Source: Catajapyx aquilonaris (Eukaryota). From it: DNA of 57,349 nucleotides. Position 1 is the stretch's first letter; each line of letters opens with the position of its first letter. This document shows, piece after piece, positions 42,175-55,212 of this stretch. Location: positions 1 through 57,349 of the forward strand of contig KZ538633.1 of NCBI GenBank assembly GCA_000934665.2, in the 5' to 3' direction. Both the position numbers and the translations under genes were made by a program. The notes under the pieces were generated by a model. It ran no database searches and was not told the origin of the DNA. It worked only from the letters and a program-made list of their open reading frames with translations.

Positions 42175-44996
42175 GGGTGGTTCCATTTCAGATCAGCCAG
42201 TGAGTGAAAAAAGGTGTCAGGTCATAGTCATCGATTTTTTTGAAATAATATATATGTGAAACCCACATCCAATTGAACTATTATGGAGCAATCAGTTTTA
42301 CCAGATTAAATTTAGTTATCGAGATATTAATATTTCTTTGAAGGGGCACCAAAATCACAATCACGCGAAGACGCACTTTTTCCCGCTTTTTCCATTGCTT
42401 TCAATGAGGATATCTCGGGAACTGTTCTGAGGACCAACCTGAAATTTTAAACTCGTGCTTTTGGAATAACACACTGTCATTTAATGCATAAATTTACAAT
42501 ATTTAATGGTACAGTCACCTGCAAAAAAATCACCAATCTTGCATATTTTGGTCAAAATGCGCATATTTCGCAATTTATTACGCCGTTATGGTAAACGTGA
42601 CGGTTGTGCTGATTATATTTTGTGATATACTCGGTGACCCCCTCCAGGCTATGAAATAAAACCTTCGTTAGCTCCGCGTGTAGTTGAGATATGCGAGGTG
42701 AAAATATGGCAACAAGCGAAAACATGCATATTTCAAAAATTATTTTCTCAAAAAAGCCATGTTTATTTTTATTTTTTATTTTAAAAGGAAAGGCATGGTA
42801 TAAAATTAACTGGTGTCAAAACCCCGTATATATTTTTTATACGTGAGATACAAATTTTTGTAAAGTCACAACTTTCGTAATTGTGCTACAAAATGCACAA
42901 TTCAAAAAAAAAAATCTCGAAGAAGCCATTTTGAAATTTTTATTTTTATTTTTTATTTTTCAAGGACGGACATGCTATAAAATTAAGTAGTGTCAAAACC
43001 CGGTATATATTTTTTATACGTGAGATATAAACTTTTGTAAAGTCACAACTTTTGTAATTGGGCTACAATATGCACACTTAAAATAATATTTTCTCGAAGA
43101 AGCAATTTTGAAAATTTAGTCGTTATTTTTTGTATAACAAAGTAGCATGAGTTCGATTATAAAATTATATCAAAATTCGGTATATATTTGTATTCAGTGA
43201 GACACGAATTCTTTTTACAGTGATGATTTTTGTTTCTATGCAACAACATGCACATTTCAAAAATTAATATATGGAAAACGCCATTTTTAATATGCAATAT
43301 TCTTTTATACTTCATAAAGGAAAGACCGGTTCTGTCATAAAATAATATAAAAACCTGGTATAGATTCTTGATGATACAAATTTATGAAAAGTGGAAGCAT
43401 ACCAGAAGCAAAAAAAAGATGAAGGGGCAGCCATTCCAGCAGCGAAAGGGATTCAAAGTTGCCATCATTGGTTCGTGGACAATGGATGTACAATAATGAC
43501 ACGGACATATACTTCTCCTGACAAGAGGAAGTGACTGCTACTTAAGTACTGTCAAGTAAGTTCCCTACTATAATGAAATTCACACCAAAAGTTAGACTAT
43601 ATCAGTTCACGCATATTAATATGCGAACAACTGTACCCAAGTCTATGAGATGGGATACGGAGTGTTGCAACTGACGAAAGATAAAGAAATTTCACTATTG
43701 TTATAATTCATTATGAGTTTATAACTTTAGAAGTAACTGCAAGAATGTTGAAAGACACTAAACGAAAGCAAAAATACCACTTTTCATAAATTTGTACCAT
43801 CAAGAATTTATACCAGGTTTTTATATTATTGTATGACAGAACTGGTCCTTCCTTTATGAAATATAAAAGAATATTACATATTAAAAATGGCGCTTTCCAT
43901 ATATTAATTTTTGAAATGTGCATGTTGTTGCATAGAAACAAAAATCATCACTGTAAAAAAAATTCGTGTCTCACTTAATACAAATATATACCGAATTTTG
44001 ATATAATGTTATAATCGAACTCATGCTACTTTGTTATACAAAAAATAACGATTAAATTTTCAAAATTGCTTCTTCGAGAAAATATTTATTTTAAGTGTGC
44101 ATATTGTAGCACAATTACAAAAGTTGTGACTTTACAAAAATTTATATCTCACGTATAAGAAATATATACCGGGTTTTGACACTACTTAATTTTATAGCAT
44201 GTCCGTCCTTGAAAAATAAAAAATAAAAATAAAAATTTCAAAATGGCTTCTTCGAGAATTTTTTTTTTGAATTGTGCATTTTGTAGCACAATTACGAAAG
44301 TTGTGACTTTACAAAAATTTGTATCTCACGTATAAATAATATATACGGGGTTTTGACACCAGTTAATTTTATACCATGCCTTTCCTTTTAAAATGAAAAA
44401 TAAAAATAAACATGGCTTTTTTGAGAAAATAAATTTTGAAATATGCATGTTTTCGCTTGTTGCCATATTTTCACCTCGCATATCTCAACTACACGCGGAG
44501 CTAACGAAGGTTTTATTTCATAGCCTGGAGGGGGTCACCGAGTATATCACAAAATATAATCAGCACAACCGTCACGTTTACCATAACGGCGTAATAAATT
44601 GCGAAATATGCGCATTTTGACCAAAGTATGCAAGATTGGTGATTTTTTTGCAGGTGACTGTACCATTAAATATTGTAAATTTATGCATTAAATGACAGTG
44701 TGTTATTCCAAAAGCACGAGTTTAAAATTTCAGGTTGGTCCTCAGAACAGTTCCCGAGATATCCTCATTGAAAGCAATGGAAAAAGCGGGAAAAAGTGCG
44801 TCTTCGCGTGATTGTGATTTTGGTACCCCTTCAAAGATATATTAATATCTCGATAACTAAATTTAACCTAGTAAAACTGATTGCTCCATAAGAGTTCAAT
44901 TGGATGTGGGTTTCACATATATTTTTTTCAAAAAATCGATGACTATGACCTGACACCTTTTTTCACTCACTGGCTGATCTGAAATGGAACCACCCT
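42175..44996. mobile_element. Fold-back element with 1220-bp TIRs (GGGTGGTTCCA terminus, TATA TSD; Sola2-like)
   Basis: Near-identical arms 42175-43394 and 43777-44996, 382-bp spacer, about 180-bp subrepeats in each arm. Confidence 0.9.
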
Positions 44997-45064
44997 ATAG
45001 TGGATGCATTAGCTGTGTGAGAACAACAATTATACTTTATGCCCCAAAATATACTGGCTTTTAT

Positions 45065-45615
45065 AAAAAATATATAAAAAACCTTGTTAAGAACACGCTT
45101 TATATTTCCAAGTGCACTAAAAAGTAGAAAATAATTTCTTCCTCAATCTTCAGCTTTCTCTTACCTTGAACTGAACAGAAGATTCAATACTTTCTTTCCA
45201 TGGAATTCAGCTACTGCAGTATTGTCTTGCTTTACTTATATTCTTATACGGCCTACATGACGAAAAATAAACCGTGGGCACTTATGACACATTACCTACA
45301 TACAATTAATACTGTACATGGTTATATTTCATTACATGGATGTAGCCTACATCCATGTAATGAAATATAACCATGTACAGTATTAATTGTAAAGTTTTAG
45401 TGCCCACGGTTTATTTTTCGTCATGTAGGCCGTATAAGAATATAAGTAAAGCAAGACAATACTGCAGTAGCTGAATTCCATGGAAAGAAAGTATTGAATC
45501 TTCTGTTCAGTTCAAGGTAAGAGAAAGCTGAAGATTGAGGAAGAAATTATTTTTTACTTTTTAGTGCACTTGGAAATATAAAGCGTGTTCTTAAAAAGGT
45601 TTTTTATATATTTTT
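45065..45615. repeat. Near-perfect palindrome, about 280-bp arms, 1-nt centre at 45346
   Basis: ...CATGGATGTAG C CTACATCCATG...; one asymmetric patch of about 10-20 nt. Confidence 0.95.
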
Positions 45616-46026
45616 ATTTTAACTGGTTTTTAGTGATAAAGTGGAAGGAATGACAGATGGATAGTACATGGGGAGTAAAGTGAATGGTGCCAGCAGACTG
45701 TGATTTGTAATCTTTTCACTTTGTCACTAAAAAACAGTCCAGTGGTTACTCACGCCCTGTAGTTTGGAGGAAGCGAACTGGATACTGAGAGCCAGTAACT
45801 CCGGTGACTGGCGTGGAGATTGCTAACAGACCGACTCACGTGACTACTACGTACTACCGCTAGTAGGTATGGAAGTTGCATATTCACCCATCATGTGAAT
45901 ACTACCGCCAGATGGTAGGGAGGTAGCGAACACACCCATTCACGTGACTGCCTCCAGATAATGGCGTTGTGGTGTATCTTCCGTATAGTAGTCATCTTTG
46001 AAACACGTGTGAGTCGTGCAAGACGG

Positions 46027-46345
46027 GCCATCTGGCGTTGATGTTGCGAAAGTCACCCCTAATGTGAATACCAACCGTTAGATGGTGTGGGAAGGCGAAC
46101 CGCCTCCTAAAGATAGGAGGGAAGTAGCGACTACTACCGCCATCTGGCGTTGATGTTGCGAAAGTCACCCCTAATGTGAATCACAACCGTTAGATGGTGT
46201 GGGAAGGCGAACCGCCTCCTAAAAATAGGAGGGAAGTAGCGACTACTACCGCCATCTGGCGTTGATGTTGCGAAAGTCACCCCTAATGTGAATCACAACC
46301 GTTAGATGGTGTGGGAAGGCGAACCGCCCCCTAAAGATAGAATGG
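46027..46345. repeat. 112-bp tandem repeat, about 2.8 copies, with degenerate units upstream from about 45850
   Basis: GCCATCTGGCGTTGATG at 46027, 46139, 46251. Confidence 0.95.
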
Positions 46346-46470
46346 AAGAGGACGTGACAACTAAAGCGAACGCGCTACAGGTGCAGACAGACATCCATCC
46401 GGTCACAGACATCACTCACAGTGAAGCTAATATAAAGCGTGTAATAATAATAATAATAAAAAAAGGACAT

Positions 46471-46851
46471 AGCCCAGACCGTCCTGATCAATGTTAGATA
46501 GGGACATTTCGAGGTAGGACCTACAGGGAGCATGCTAATGACCTCCGCAGGTAATAGGGGGAGTAGTAGACTACAATACGTAAGTCTGAGGAACTCAATG
46601 GTTATATTGCATTAAATTATCTATTAATCTTTATTACCTATTCATCTGGTTCAAATTCTACTCCTTGAAGGTTGTCATCTGGAGTTTCCTCCAGCTGCAC
46701 TTCAACATTCATTGGGTCAATGTAAGGAAGGTTTCTCTCACAAGTCTTCTATGGTATTGAGTAGCCTCTTCGATGAATAGCGATTAGCATGCTCCCTGTA
46801 GGTCCTACCTCGAAATGTCCCTATCCAACATTGATCAGGATGGTCTGGGCT
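46471..46851. mobile_element. MITE with about 69-bp TIRs
   Basis: AGCCCAGACC...GCATGCTAAT / ATTAGCATGC...GGTCTGGGCT. Confidence 0.75.
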
Positions 46852-49800
46852 GCAAGATATCCAATTTTCAGGCAAATCGAACGGAAGGCCACTCGCCCTT
46901 CGCCCATACATTTCGTGCGATGTCCTTTTTCATTTCGACACAATCCCACGTCTATAATTATTATACATACTGGTATACTGTAACCCCAGTAATTCGAGTG
47001 TATCATGCAATGATTTCCCACGGCGTGAACACAATGGTGTGCGAATAAGTCAGTGAATATTATTGCAAAACTATTTCTGGTAAAAAGGTGAGTGTTTTGA
47101 AACTTGAAGCAGTATCACACGGCATCTTTTTGCGCAATCCAGAGACTGCGTGTATTTGAATATCTACTACTGTACTCGAGATTAAAACTGAGGTATAGAG
47201 TATACCATAATCTTGAGCCCTTCATAATTATGTTGTTTTTCCGAGTAGGAAAAGTATTCCTCTTCCCCTCCTCCTTATTATCTCCTCCCCTCTGCGTACA
47301 ATGCGTTACCAAAACATTATAGGCCTACTGGACCTGTGACAGTCACATATTATGAGGTAAGAAACGGAACTACGGAAGTAGGCTACAGTGAGGGCCAAGA
47401 AATTTCGATGTTAAGGATTCGTTTTTAGAAATGCCTGCATAATGATAAGGAATTAGGGGAAGAGGTCCATATTTCGACATTGCGTCTAATTCCGACCACC
47501 ATGCTATCTCCGTGGTAACGTAGTGTTGCAAATTTCCGGTGACAGTGGTAAAATGTCACAAAGACGGAATTGGCAAGGTGGCAGCACTGATGCGAACATC
47601 CGTGCATTGTGCAACCTTCGACACTAGTGTCCTTCGACACATGGTGGACTGCAGGGCATGCTATTCTTGGCCATCATTTCCCAGCAATTAATCTATGCTA
47701 TTCAAGAATTTATTTTAGCCTATGATGTTGCTTACACTGTTTATTTTCATGGTTTAAAGTATCGAAATCATGCTGCAACTTGTCGATGTGAACCAGCAGC
47801 CACAGTAGAAAGTTGTCATGTTCCTAATTGCGGCTAGGCCTACCTAGGCGTTCCTAATTGCGGATAGGGCCCTAACTACCGTACTATCATGCTCATTTTG
47901 ACAGTTCCATATATTTCGCGGAAACTCAAGAAAGAAGTCACAGAAAATGTTTGTGCATCTGTATACTAGAGTAGCAGCAACCACATAACTGTTACTACAG
48001 GCACTAACCAGATATCGATTTAAGTGAATTTGTGATTATTTTAGAGGGTGGGCTCATCAGTAAAAAATGTTTGTTTTGAGGTCCCCTACCCACCTTTAAA
48101 ATTTCTGCATGAGGTCTTGTTACACCCTGTATACCTGCTGTTAAAACGTTCTCGTATGATTGTATTGATCAAGTCATTGATCGAAGGCATTTTGTTGTTT
48201 TTTGTTTGTTTGCAAATAGAGAAAACCTTTCATTTTCATCAAGCAGATAAACCAGTTTTCATTGTATTGTTATTAATCGAGCATTTTAAAGCATTCACAT
48301 TTAGAAATGGTTTTTAAAAACACCTTTCCTCCCATTAAAACGCAGGTTCCTAAATTGAAGCAGTGAGAACCAGAAGTTACTAAGTCCATTTTTGGCGATT
48401 TTGAGATAAGGGCAAATTCTAGGCCTCTATCAGGCATATTTTCATAGAAAAATGTTTTATCCCGGCCAGATGATTACAAGTCCCCTTTTAAGACCGGGAT
48501 ACTCTTAGCAATACAGAGAAAATTCGCGCCAGATGTTGATAAGTCCAAAAAGGGCCTTCATAATAAATGTATTTAGAATTGTTGTCATCACATTGAGGCC
48601 TAACAAAGGGACTAAAATTAATTTAGGAGATATTATTTCCCTGCATTTCCTAGTTTAAGTGGTTTAAAAAATTAAAATTAAAATTTCTACAAGCCAGAAG
48701 TTGCTAAGTCCAAGATGGAAATTATTTTTTTCCTCCTGCAGTGTAGGCACTAATAGGTACTCCATATTTACATTACACTAACTTACAATCGTAGTGATAT
48801 CGCAGAAAAATTACCGAGACTGTAATGTCAACGAAAGGTACGTCAAACATAATTTGAAACTTTCAAACTGCTCTACTCTTCTTACTGCTTCAATTAGGAA
48901 CACTTTTTTTGAAACTGATGAAAAAATGGGTGTCTTCACTTTTTCAATTTTGTGCGTTTTCCTATTTTGTTATTCTTCAAATTTTCATCGCGGGACCTAG
49001 TAGGTAAATGTTCAATGTATTAACATACATTTTCCTTACATTGCTGCGTTCAGCCATTTTCTAACAAGAGGAAAACAATATAAGGTGTCGAAATTTGGCC
49101 CCCTTACCCTACTGTAGACTATACAGAAAAATGTATAGTCTCTTGGATGGTGACTCAACTACCATAGCAACTCCAGATCCCCCCCCCTGTTCCCGCCAAG
49201 TTGAGTCGTATATGCCAAGGTCACGTTGCTCCCACGTGATCGTTTATGTAAACATGTTCCCTCAGTCCCATATAGTGTCCCATATATAGTCTGGACCCTT
49301 GGGAGTTTATCATAGTACATAGTGTTGTGGTAATATTATGTAACCATAAGAACAATGTATAGTGACTGAGTAAACTTGTTAGGCCTATCGACTTTCTGAG
49401 AGCCGGACGATTCTAAAAAGTTTATTTCCTGGACACCCTGTAGATGATTAATTTTGGCGCAAAGTTGTTATCATTCATTAATATCACTCCTACATCGAAT
49501 TTTGAACAAAAAGAAGGAAAGAAACGGCCCAAAAACCTGCCAAAAACTTGTCAAAGGGTTAAGGGTGCGAAATTTGAAAATACAGTTCCCATCTGTGGTT
49601 CCAATGATGGCTGATGTGATTCAAGGTGGCGAACCGAGCCTACCCAATGTTTGTACAACAATACAGGGCGACCCTACAGTCTGTACACATAGGTATACAC
49701 TGTACTCCCGATTATTATCCAAGCTAATGACTGCACGGGTGTTGCCAGATAATTGGGAAACACGGATAATCGGAAAATGGTCCTGGAAAGGGAGCTATTC

Positions 49801-49987
49801 ACAGGTTGTTGATGATTAAAAAATAAAACTTACCGTAGATTTTTACTTTGCCTTCTGGAAAAAGTATGGTATATTTTTTAATTGGCGAGACATTGATATT
49901 GATATTGTGTGGAATTTTCGTACCGCTGCTAACTTTGCAGTACCAGTTTTGGCACTGGTACTGCTAAGTTAGCAGTATACACTATCT

Positions 49988-50942
49988 CAACGGGACAAAT
50001 ATTCGACACATTTTTTCGGACTTAAATGTTTATATTATGGCGATGCACAGATAATCCGTACCCGGGAGATCCCTTCGGAGACAAGAGAATAGAGGCAAGC
50101 AAGTAATTCACCAAAATGCAAACTGTTTCAGGGTATAGCGCTACAAGGTCAAAAGGCATGACCTCTCGAAGTCAGCCCGGGCAGCTTACCTAAGGAGCGA
50201 TGTTTCAGAGATCGCACTCAAAAAAGCAGACATTTTATTACATTATTTGAAATGGCTAATTACCATGATTACAACGAGCCATACAAGAACTGCTTGATCG
50301 TAGTTTTTTTTTTTTTTTAAATAGCTTCCGAAGTTTAGAAAAAAACTGCTTAAAAAAATTTGCCGTGTACCTCCGTACGTGCTCGATTGGTCTCAAATTT
50401 AGCTCACACTGTTTGGAAATTTTTTAGAAAATGTTATATCCAGTGACAGAAATCAAGTTCCCTTATATTTGTCGTAAGCTGAAAGCACAAAACACTTGCA
50501 GATGAACAGAAGCATCGTACTTGGAAAATAGGTCTGGTGTGTTCCAAACGCCTTCCGTGTACAGTAGGCCTACTGCTTCTACTCGACTGGTAGTGCAAAT
50601 GATACGTGTCTGCAATGCACGAACTTATTATTTAACTTATGAGATGTGCTCGTTGCACAAATGAGGTGTGTGTTGTAGGCCTACACATAAATAATAAAAC
50701 CCTTCATAAGTGCTAATTTGCTATGATTTTTCATCTTCCAATGCTTTACCCTTCCCTCTTAGGTAAGCTGTCCGGGATGACTTCGAGAGGTCATATATAA
50801 CTTTTGACTTTCTAGTGCTCCCCTGAAACGGTTTGCATTTTGGTGAATAACTTTCTGACTAGTGTATCTATAATATTGTTCCAAGTTTCATTCAGCAACG
50901 TTACTCCATGTACGATTTACTACAATGCGTGACCTTCCCTTG
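49988..50942. mobile_element. Degenerate CAAGGG-family TIR element
   Basis: Inverted arms 50101-50195 / 50758-50853; right end GTGACCTTCCCTTG|TTA; left boundary approximate. Confidence 0.5.
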
Positions 50943-51133
50943 TTATGTGTTTGGCTACTCCGTATACTGAACACAAGACCATCTCGATTGATGAATTTTT
51001 CTTACCGTGGTGTCAGATTTTGTGCAAGCCTGTATCGAGGGCTTTCTCCGCCAACTCTATAGGGCCTACCAATCCCGTAAGAGCAGTCTTTTTTGTTTAA
51101 AATGTTTGAAGAATTTCCACCAAGAAACCACAT

Positions 51134-51545
51134 GTTTTTTTTTTAAATTTAGCTATACCCCGTGCTAGAGCCATGGGCTCTCTTAGAGGAGTGGATTACC
51201 ACTATCGTGCAGGGACAGGGTAGGGATAGGAGGGGGGGGGGGTGGCATGTGCAATGTCATCAAGTTGGGGGTCGTGTGCAGTCCCTCAGGGGGCCCGTTC
51301 GCCAAGATAACTCCCTATATGCGAGTCAGAAAGCCCCCACTGACCCACACCTCCTCCAGGGCAGGGAAAGGAAGGAAGCGGCTGTGGCCTATTTTACGGT
51401 ACGAGCCCGGAAATTTTTCCTGGGGCGACCTTGGGAAACCACAGAAAACCAAGGTCAGGATCGCCGGCCTCCGGGATTCGAACCCAGGACCTCCCGATTA
51501 GCAGTCGGACACCATATCCACTACACCACTACTGCTTCGGTTTCT
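51134..51545 (-). mobile_element. tRNA-derived SINE, distinct family
   Basis: A/B boxes (TGGTGTAGTGG, GGTTCGAATCC), A tail, 12-bp TSD AAGAAACCACAT. Confidence 0.85.
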
Positions 51546-52552
51546 AAGAAACCACATAGCAGAATTGCAGATTGCACATACACGTTTAGCTATGCTACAG
51601 AAGGCAAAGCGAAACGCGGAGCAAAGCAAAACAAACATGTAAATTTCCGAACTGTGGGTACCATCTCTTGTATCTTTCGTCAGCAAGTGATCTAAGGTAG
51701 GCTACATACGATTGTTGGAACAACAACTGCTATCTTACTCATGTAGTATTGTTGCGCAACAGTCACCTGGTGGAAGTACTTTGCTCAAACTATAGCGGCT
51801 CAGACCTCAGAGAACCATATATTACGTTTTCAGCCTACAGGCTGATGAAAATATATTATTGGTCACTTGACAATATAAGCTCCTGAACTGTACGTAAGTC
51901 ATTGTCAAAGCTATCAATATTACTTTTGAGGTATCTAATATCACCCTTCACAGCATAGTAGTGATTCAAGTTTGTTTTGATCAGCACTGTTAAAATGCCA
52001 GTAATTATTTAAAATAAGACGACGTGGTATGGGGCAAAGTGGAACGGGCAAAGCGGAACGTGTTCCACTATGAAAAAAGAATAATAATTATGAGCAGCCA
52101 CCAATCAGTCACCCGAGATGATACTGGGCAGATACAGACAGCTCTTCACACCAGATCAGGAGCAGGGCTTGGTTGATCATCAATCATATTCTTCTTTTGG
52201 AGTGTACGGTAGCTTTGGAAACAAGTGCAGCTCTGTGCACCCACTATACAGAGTGAGTTTACCAGCTCATTGATGATGCTAAACGTGCACGCTGCGCGAA
52301 CTGTGGTGTGCCTTAGGTTGCTCTGGTAAAATAAAAATCATTTATAGCCTACAGGACTGATTGAGCATTTGAGCTCATTAAAGCAGGGTCGTTCCACTTT
52401 CCAAAGGCAAAGTGAAACTGTTTGGTTTGGGGGGGGGGGGNGGGGGGGGGGGAGGAGTTCAAAAATAATAAGGTTTAAACTCCTAAGGTAATTGACTTTC
52501 GTAATCCATCACTTCCGGTATTACAGAGGAGGCATAAACTATAAAGGTATTT

Positions 52553-52777
52553 TGGCGTCCGCTCGAAGAAGACCGTAACTCACCATCCACTTTCCCTTGC
52601 GGCAAGAAAAAGAGGAGTGGTACCAAAAGCATCCAACAGGTGGAGTTGGGGTGCCAGTTCCTTTCCCACTTTCTTCAACGCCACCTCTTGCATGCTTTCG
52701 GTAACACTTGCTTACTTTTCTCGCCGCAAGGGAAGTGGATTTTGAGTTACGTTTTTTTTTCTTCGAGCGGACGGCAG
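52553..52777. mobile_element. Palindromic MITE related to 26844-27056
   Basis: Shared CGTAACTCA..ATCCACTT..CCCTTGCGGC..GAAAAAG arms. Confidence 0.75.
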
Positions 52778-52912
52778 TAGCCTATTGTGCTGTGCACATT
52801 ATATCCCACTGAGTTTTTATAATCAGCTTAAAAAATTCGCCTCCCTGTACTGCTTCGCTTTGCCCCACCTTCCCCTACTGCGCATAATCGCCTAGATCCG
52901 GACTGTAAACTA

Positions 52913-53033
52913 GGGTGGAATTTTCGTCTTATACTACTAGTTACTGCTAACTTAGCAGTAACTTACCATTGCATTACACTGGTACTGCTAAGTTAAAGGT
53001 AACTAGTAGTGTAGTACGACGAAAATTCCACCC
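52913..53033. mobile_element. Tiny palindromic MITE
   Basis: GGGTGGAATTTTCGTC / GACGAAAATTCCACCC; fragment at about 49909-49975. Confidence 0.7.
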
Positions 53034-53266
53034 CTGGATGCTCGAATATGGACTAAGATAATATTGAACTGTTCGGGTAATGCTTGTGTACTGCATGTAA
53101 AGTGCCATTAAAGTCTCCATTTGTTTTACCAGGGCATACGAAAGCTGGTGCTATGCCACGACCAATGCCTCAATTGCGTGGCGTTTATGTGCAGCAGTAC
53201 TGTAGTAGCTAAAGGTTTGTGCAGTCATTCTTCTTTGTGGTGCGTCTTGGAGGAAATTCCTGAAAC

Positions 53267-55212
53267 GGGAAATTCCACGTGAACGTGATCACCTTTTGCA
53301 CGAAAAAATTTGCCCGTCGATGAGTGTGAGATATGTTTGAGTCCATGTCAAGTTATGACCTTTCCCATAAGGATTTGGTCCGCCGATGCGTGGTTGCCTA
53401 TCTGCAGGCGCTAATTGCACTTGGATCACAGTTAGAGGTGCCCCCCTATTACATTTACATGACAACGTAAATGCATGATGTAATACATGTTTCATGTGTG
53501 AAATTGTCTCCTCTTTCCGACAAAAATAGTCACCTTCCGCTAGCTGTGCAAATTCATGTCAAAGTGCGACATTTTTGCAAACAAATGACATTTTCAAAAA
53601 AAGAGCCAAAGTCAAATGTCATCACATTGATATCAAAATACACCTCACAGTGTCCTCTATCAGTGGTACAAACGGAATTTTGGAATACGAAATGGTTACG
53701 GAGCTATATAGGTACTGACGTGGAGCGCTCCGCTAGTGGCCACGCCCGCTGAATGAAAAAGAGCGGTTCACCTAGGTCCGTCTTCATGTCTCAGGTAGTG
53801 TACGCCTGTCCTTTGTGTTTAATTACTTAATAATATAGTTCAAAAAAAATTTACCATAGAATAGTAAGAATAAATGAAAATTCCCTTGTCATGTTCAACA
53901 AAGTTTCAATTTTCACAAGTGTCAAGTTGTGTGTTAAAATATGCTTGATTATTATTTACAATAGAGAAACATGTAGCCTACTTATTATTTTTACATTCAT
54001 TCCTCTATTCGTTCCTAGTCACAGTCCAAATGAATGTTCACTGTTGAGGCCTGTACGGAATTCCTTGCGGATCCATACGGGCCCCTTGCTTTCACTATAA
54101 TGGAATATATTGCACTCCTGCACCCCTCCACGTCAGTGATTATAGCTCCGTAACCCTTGCGTATGCCAAAATTCCGTTTGTATATGGCTGATAGAGGACA
54201 CTATGAGAATTTTTTTGATATCAATGTGATAACTGATGGTATTTAACTTTGGCTCTCGTTTCGAAAATTTCATTTGTTTGCAAAATTCTCGCTTTTTGCC
54301 ATGAATTTGCACATCTGTCAGGAAGTTAGCATTTTTGTCGAAAAGAGGAGACAATTTCACACATGAAACTTGTATCATATCAAGCATTTACATTGTCGTG
54401 TAAATGTGATCAAAGTACAATTTACGCCTGTAGAGAGGCAACCACGCATCAGCGGACCAAGTTCTTATGCGAAGGGTTCTAACATGGACCTAAACATATC
54501 TCGTCCCACTTTGACACTTATCGATGGCCAGATTTTTTTGTGCAAAAGGTGATCACGTTCACGTGGAATTGCCCAGTAGAGGACCAAATTTATTTGGAAC
54601 TTTTTCTAGATATATTAAAACTATGACTACATTAACTATATTAATAAGTCAATTAAACACTTACGACAAGCGTACACTACCTGAGAAATGAAGACGGACC
54701 TAGGTGGGCCGCTCATTTTCATTCAGCGGGCGTGGCCACTAGCGCAGCGCTCCACGTCAGTACCTATAGCTCCGTAACCATTTCGTATTCCAAAATTCCG
54801 TTTGTACCACTGATAGAGGACACTTCAAGGTGCATTTTGATATCAATGCGATGACATTTGACTTTGGCTCTTTTTTTTGAAAATGTCATTTGTTTGCAGA
54901 AATGTCGCATTTTGACATGAATTTGCACAGCTATCGGAAAGCGACTATTTTTGTCGGAAAGAGGAGACAATTTCACATATGAAACATGTATTACATCATG
55001 CATTTACGCTGTCATGTAAATGTAATAGGGGGGCGCCTCTAACTGTGATCCAAGTGCAATTAGCGCCTGTAGATAGGCAACCACGCATCGGCGGACCAAA
55101 TCCTTATGGGAATGGGAAAGGTCATAACTTGACATGGACTCAAACATATCTCACACTCATCGACGGGCAAATTTTTCGTGCAAAAGGTGATCACGTTCAC
55201 GTGGAATTGCCC
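53267..55212. mobile_element. Long-TIR fold-back element (GGGCAATTCCA terminus) with an extra diverged internal arm
   Basis: 53267-53850 inverse to about 54635-55212; a third, more diverged arm at about 54127-54574. Confidence 0.85.

Larger units (their letters stand above)
45058..46445 (-). mobile_element. Helentron/HINE (DINE-like) non-autonomous element with inverted duplication of one end
   Basis: SubTIRs ACACGCTTTATATT (about 45094) / AATATAAAGCGTGT (about 46429), CAGA/CATC microsatellite near the end, central tandem array, T-rich flanks. Confidence 0.55.

Noticed and set aside
42168..45002. CACTA/Transib reading of the termini (CACTATAG)
   Set aside because: No matching TSD outside CAC/GTG; GGG ends with a TATA duplication in a palindromic site fit better and match sister families.
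46027..46345. CRISPR-like array
   Set aside because: Units are near-identical along their full length with no unique spacers; eukaryotic context, no cas genes.
49834..51056. Minus-strand micro-exon candidates (51056-51006, 49854-49834)
   Set aside because: Good splice-like motifs, but the phases do not chain into a convincing protein; cannot support a gene without RNA data.
51162..51695. 177-aa ORF
   Set aside because: Antisense read-through of a SINE.
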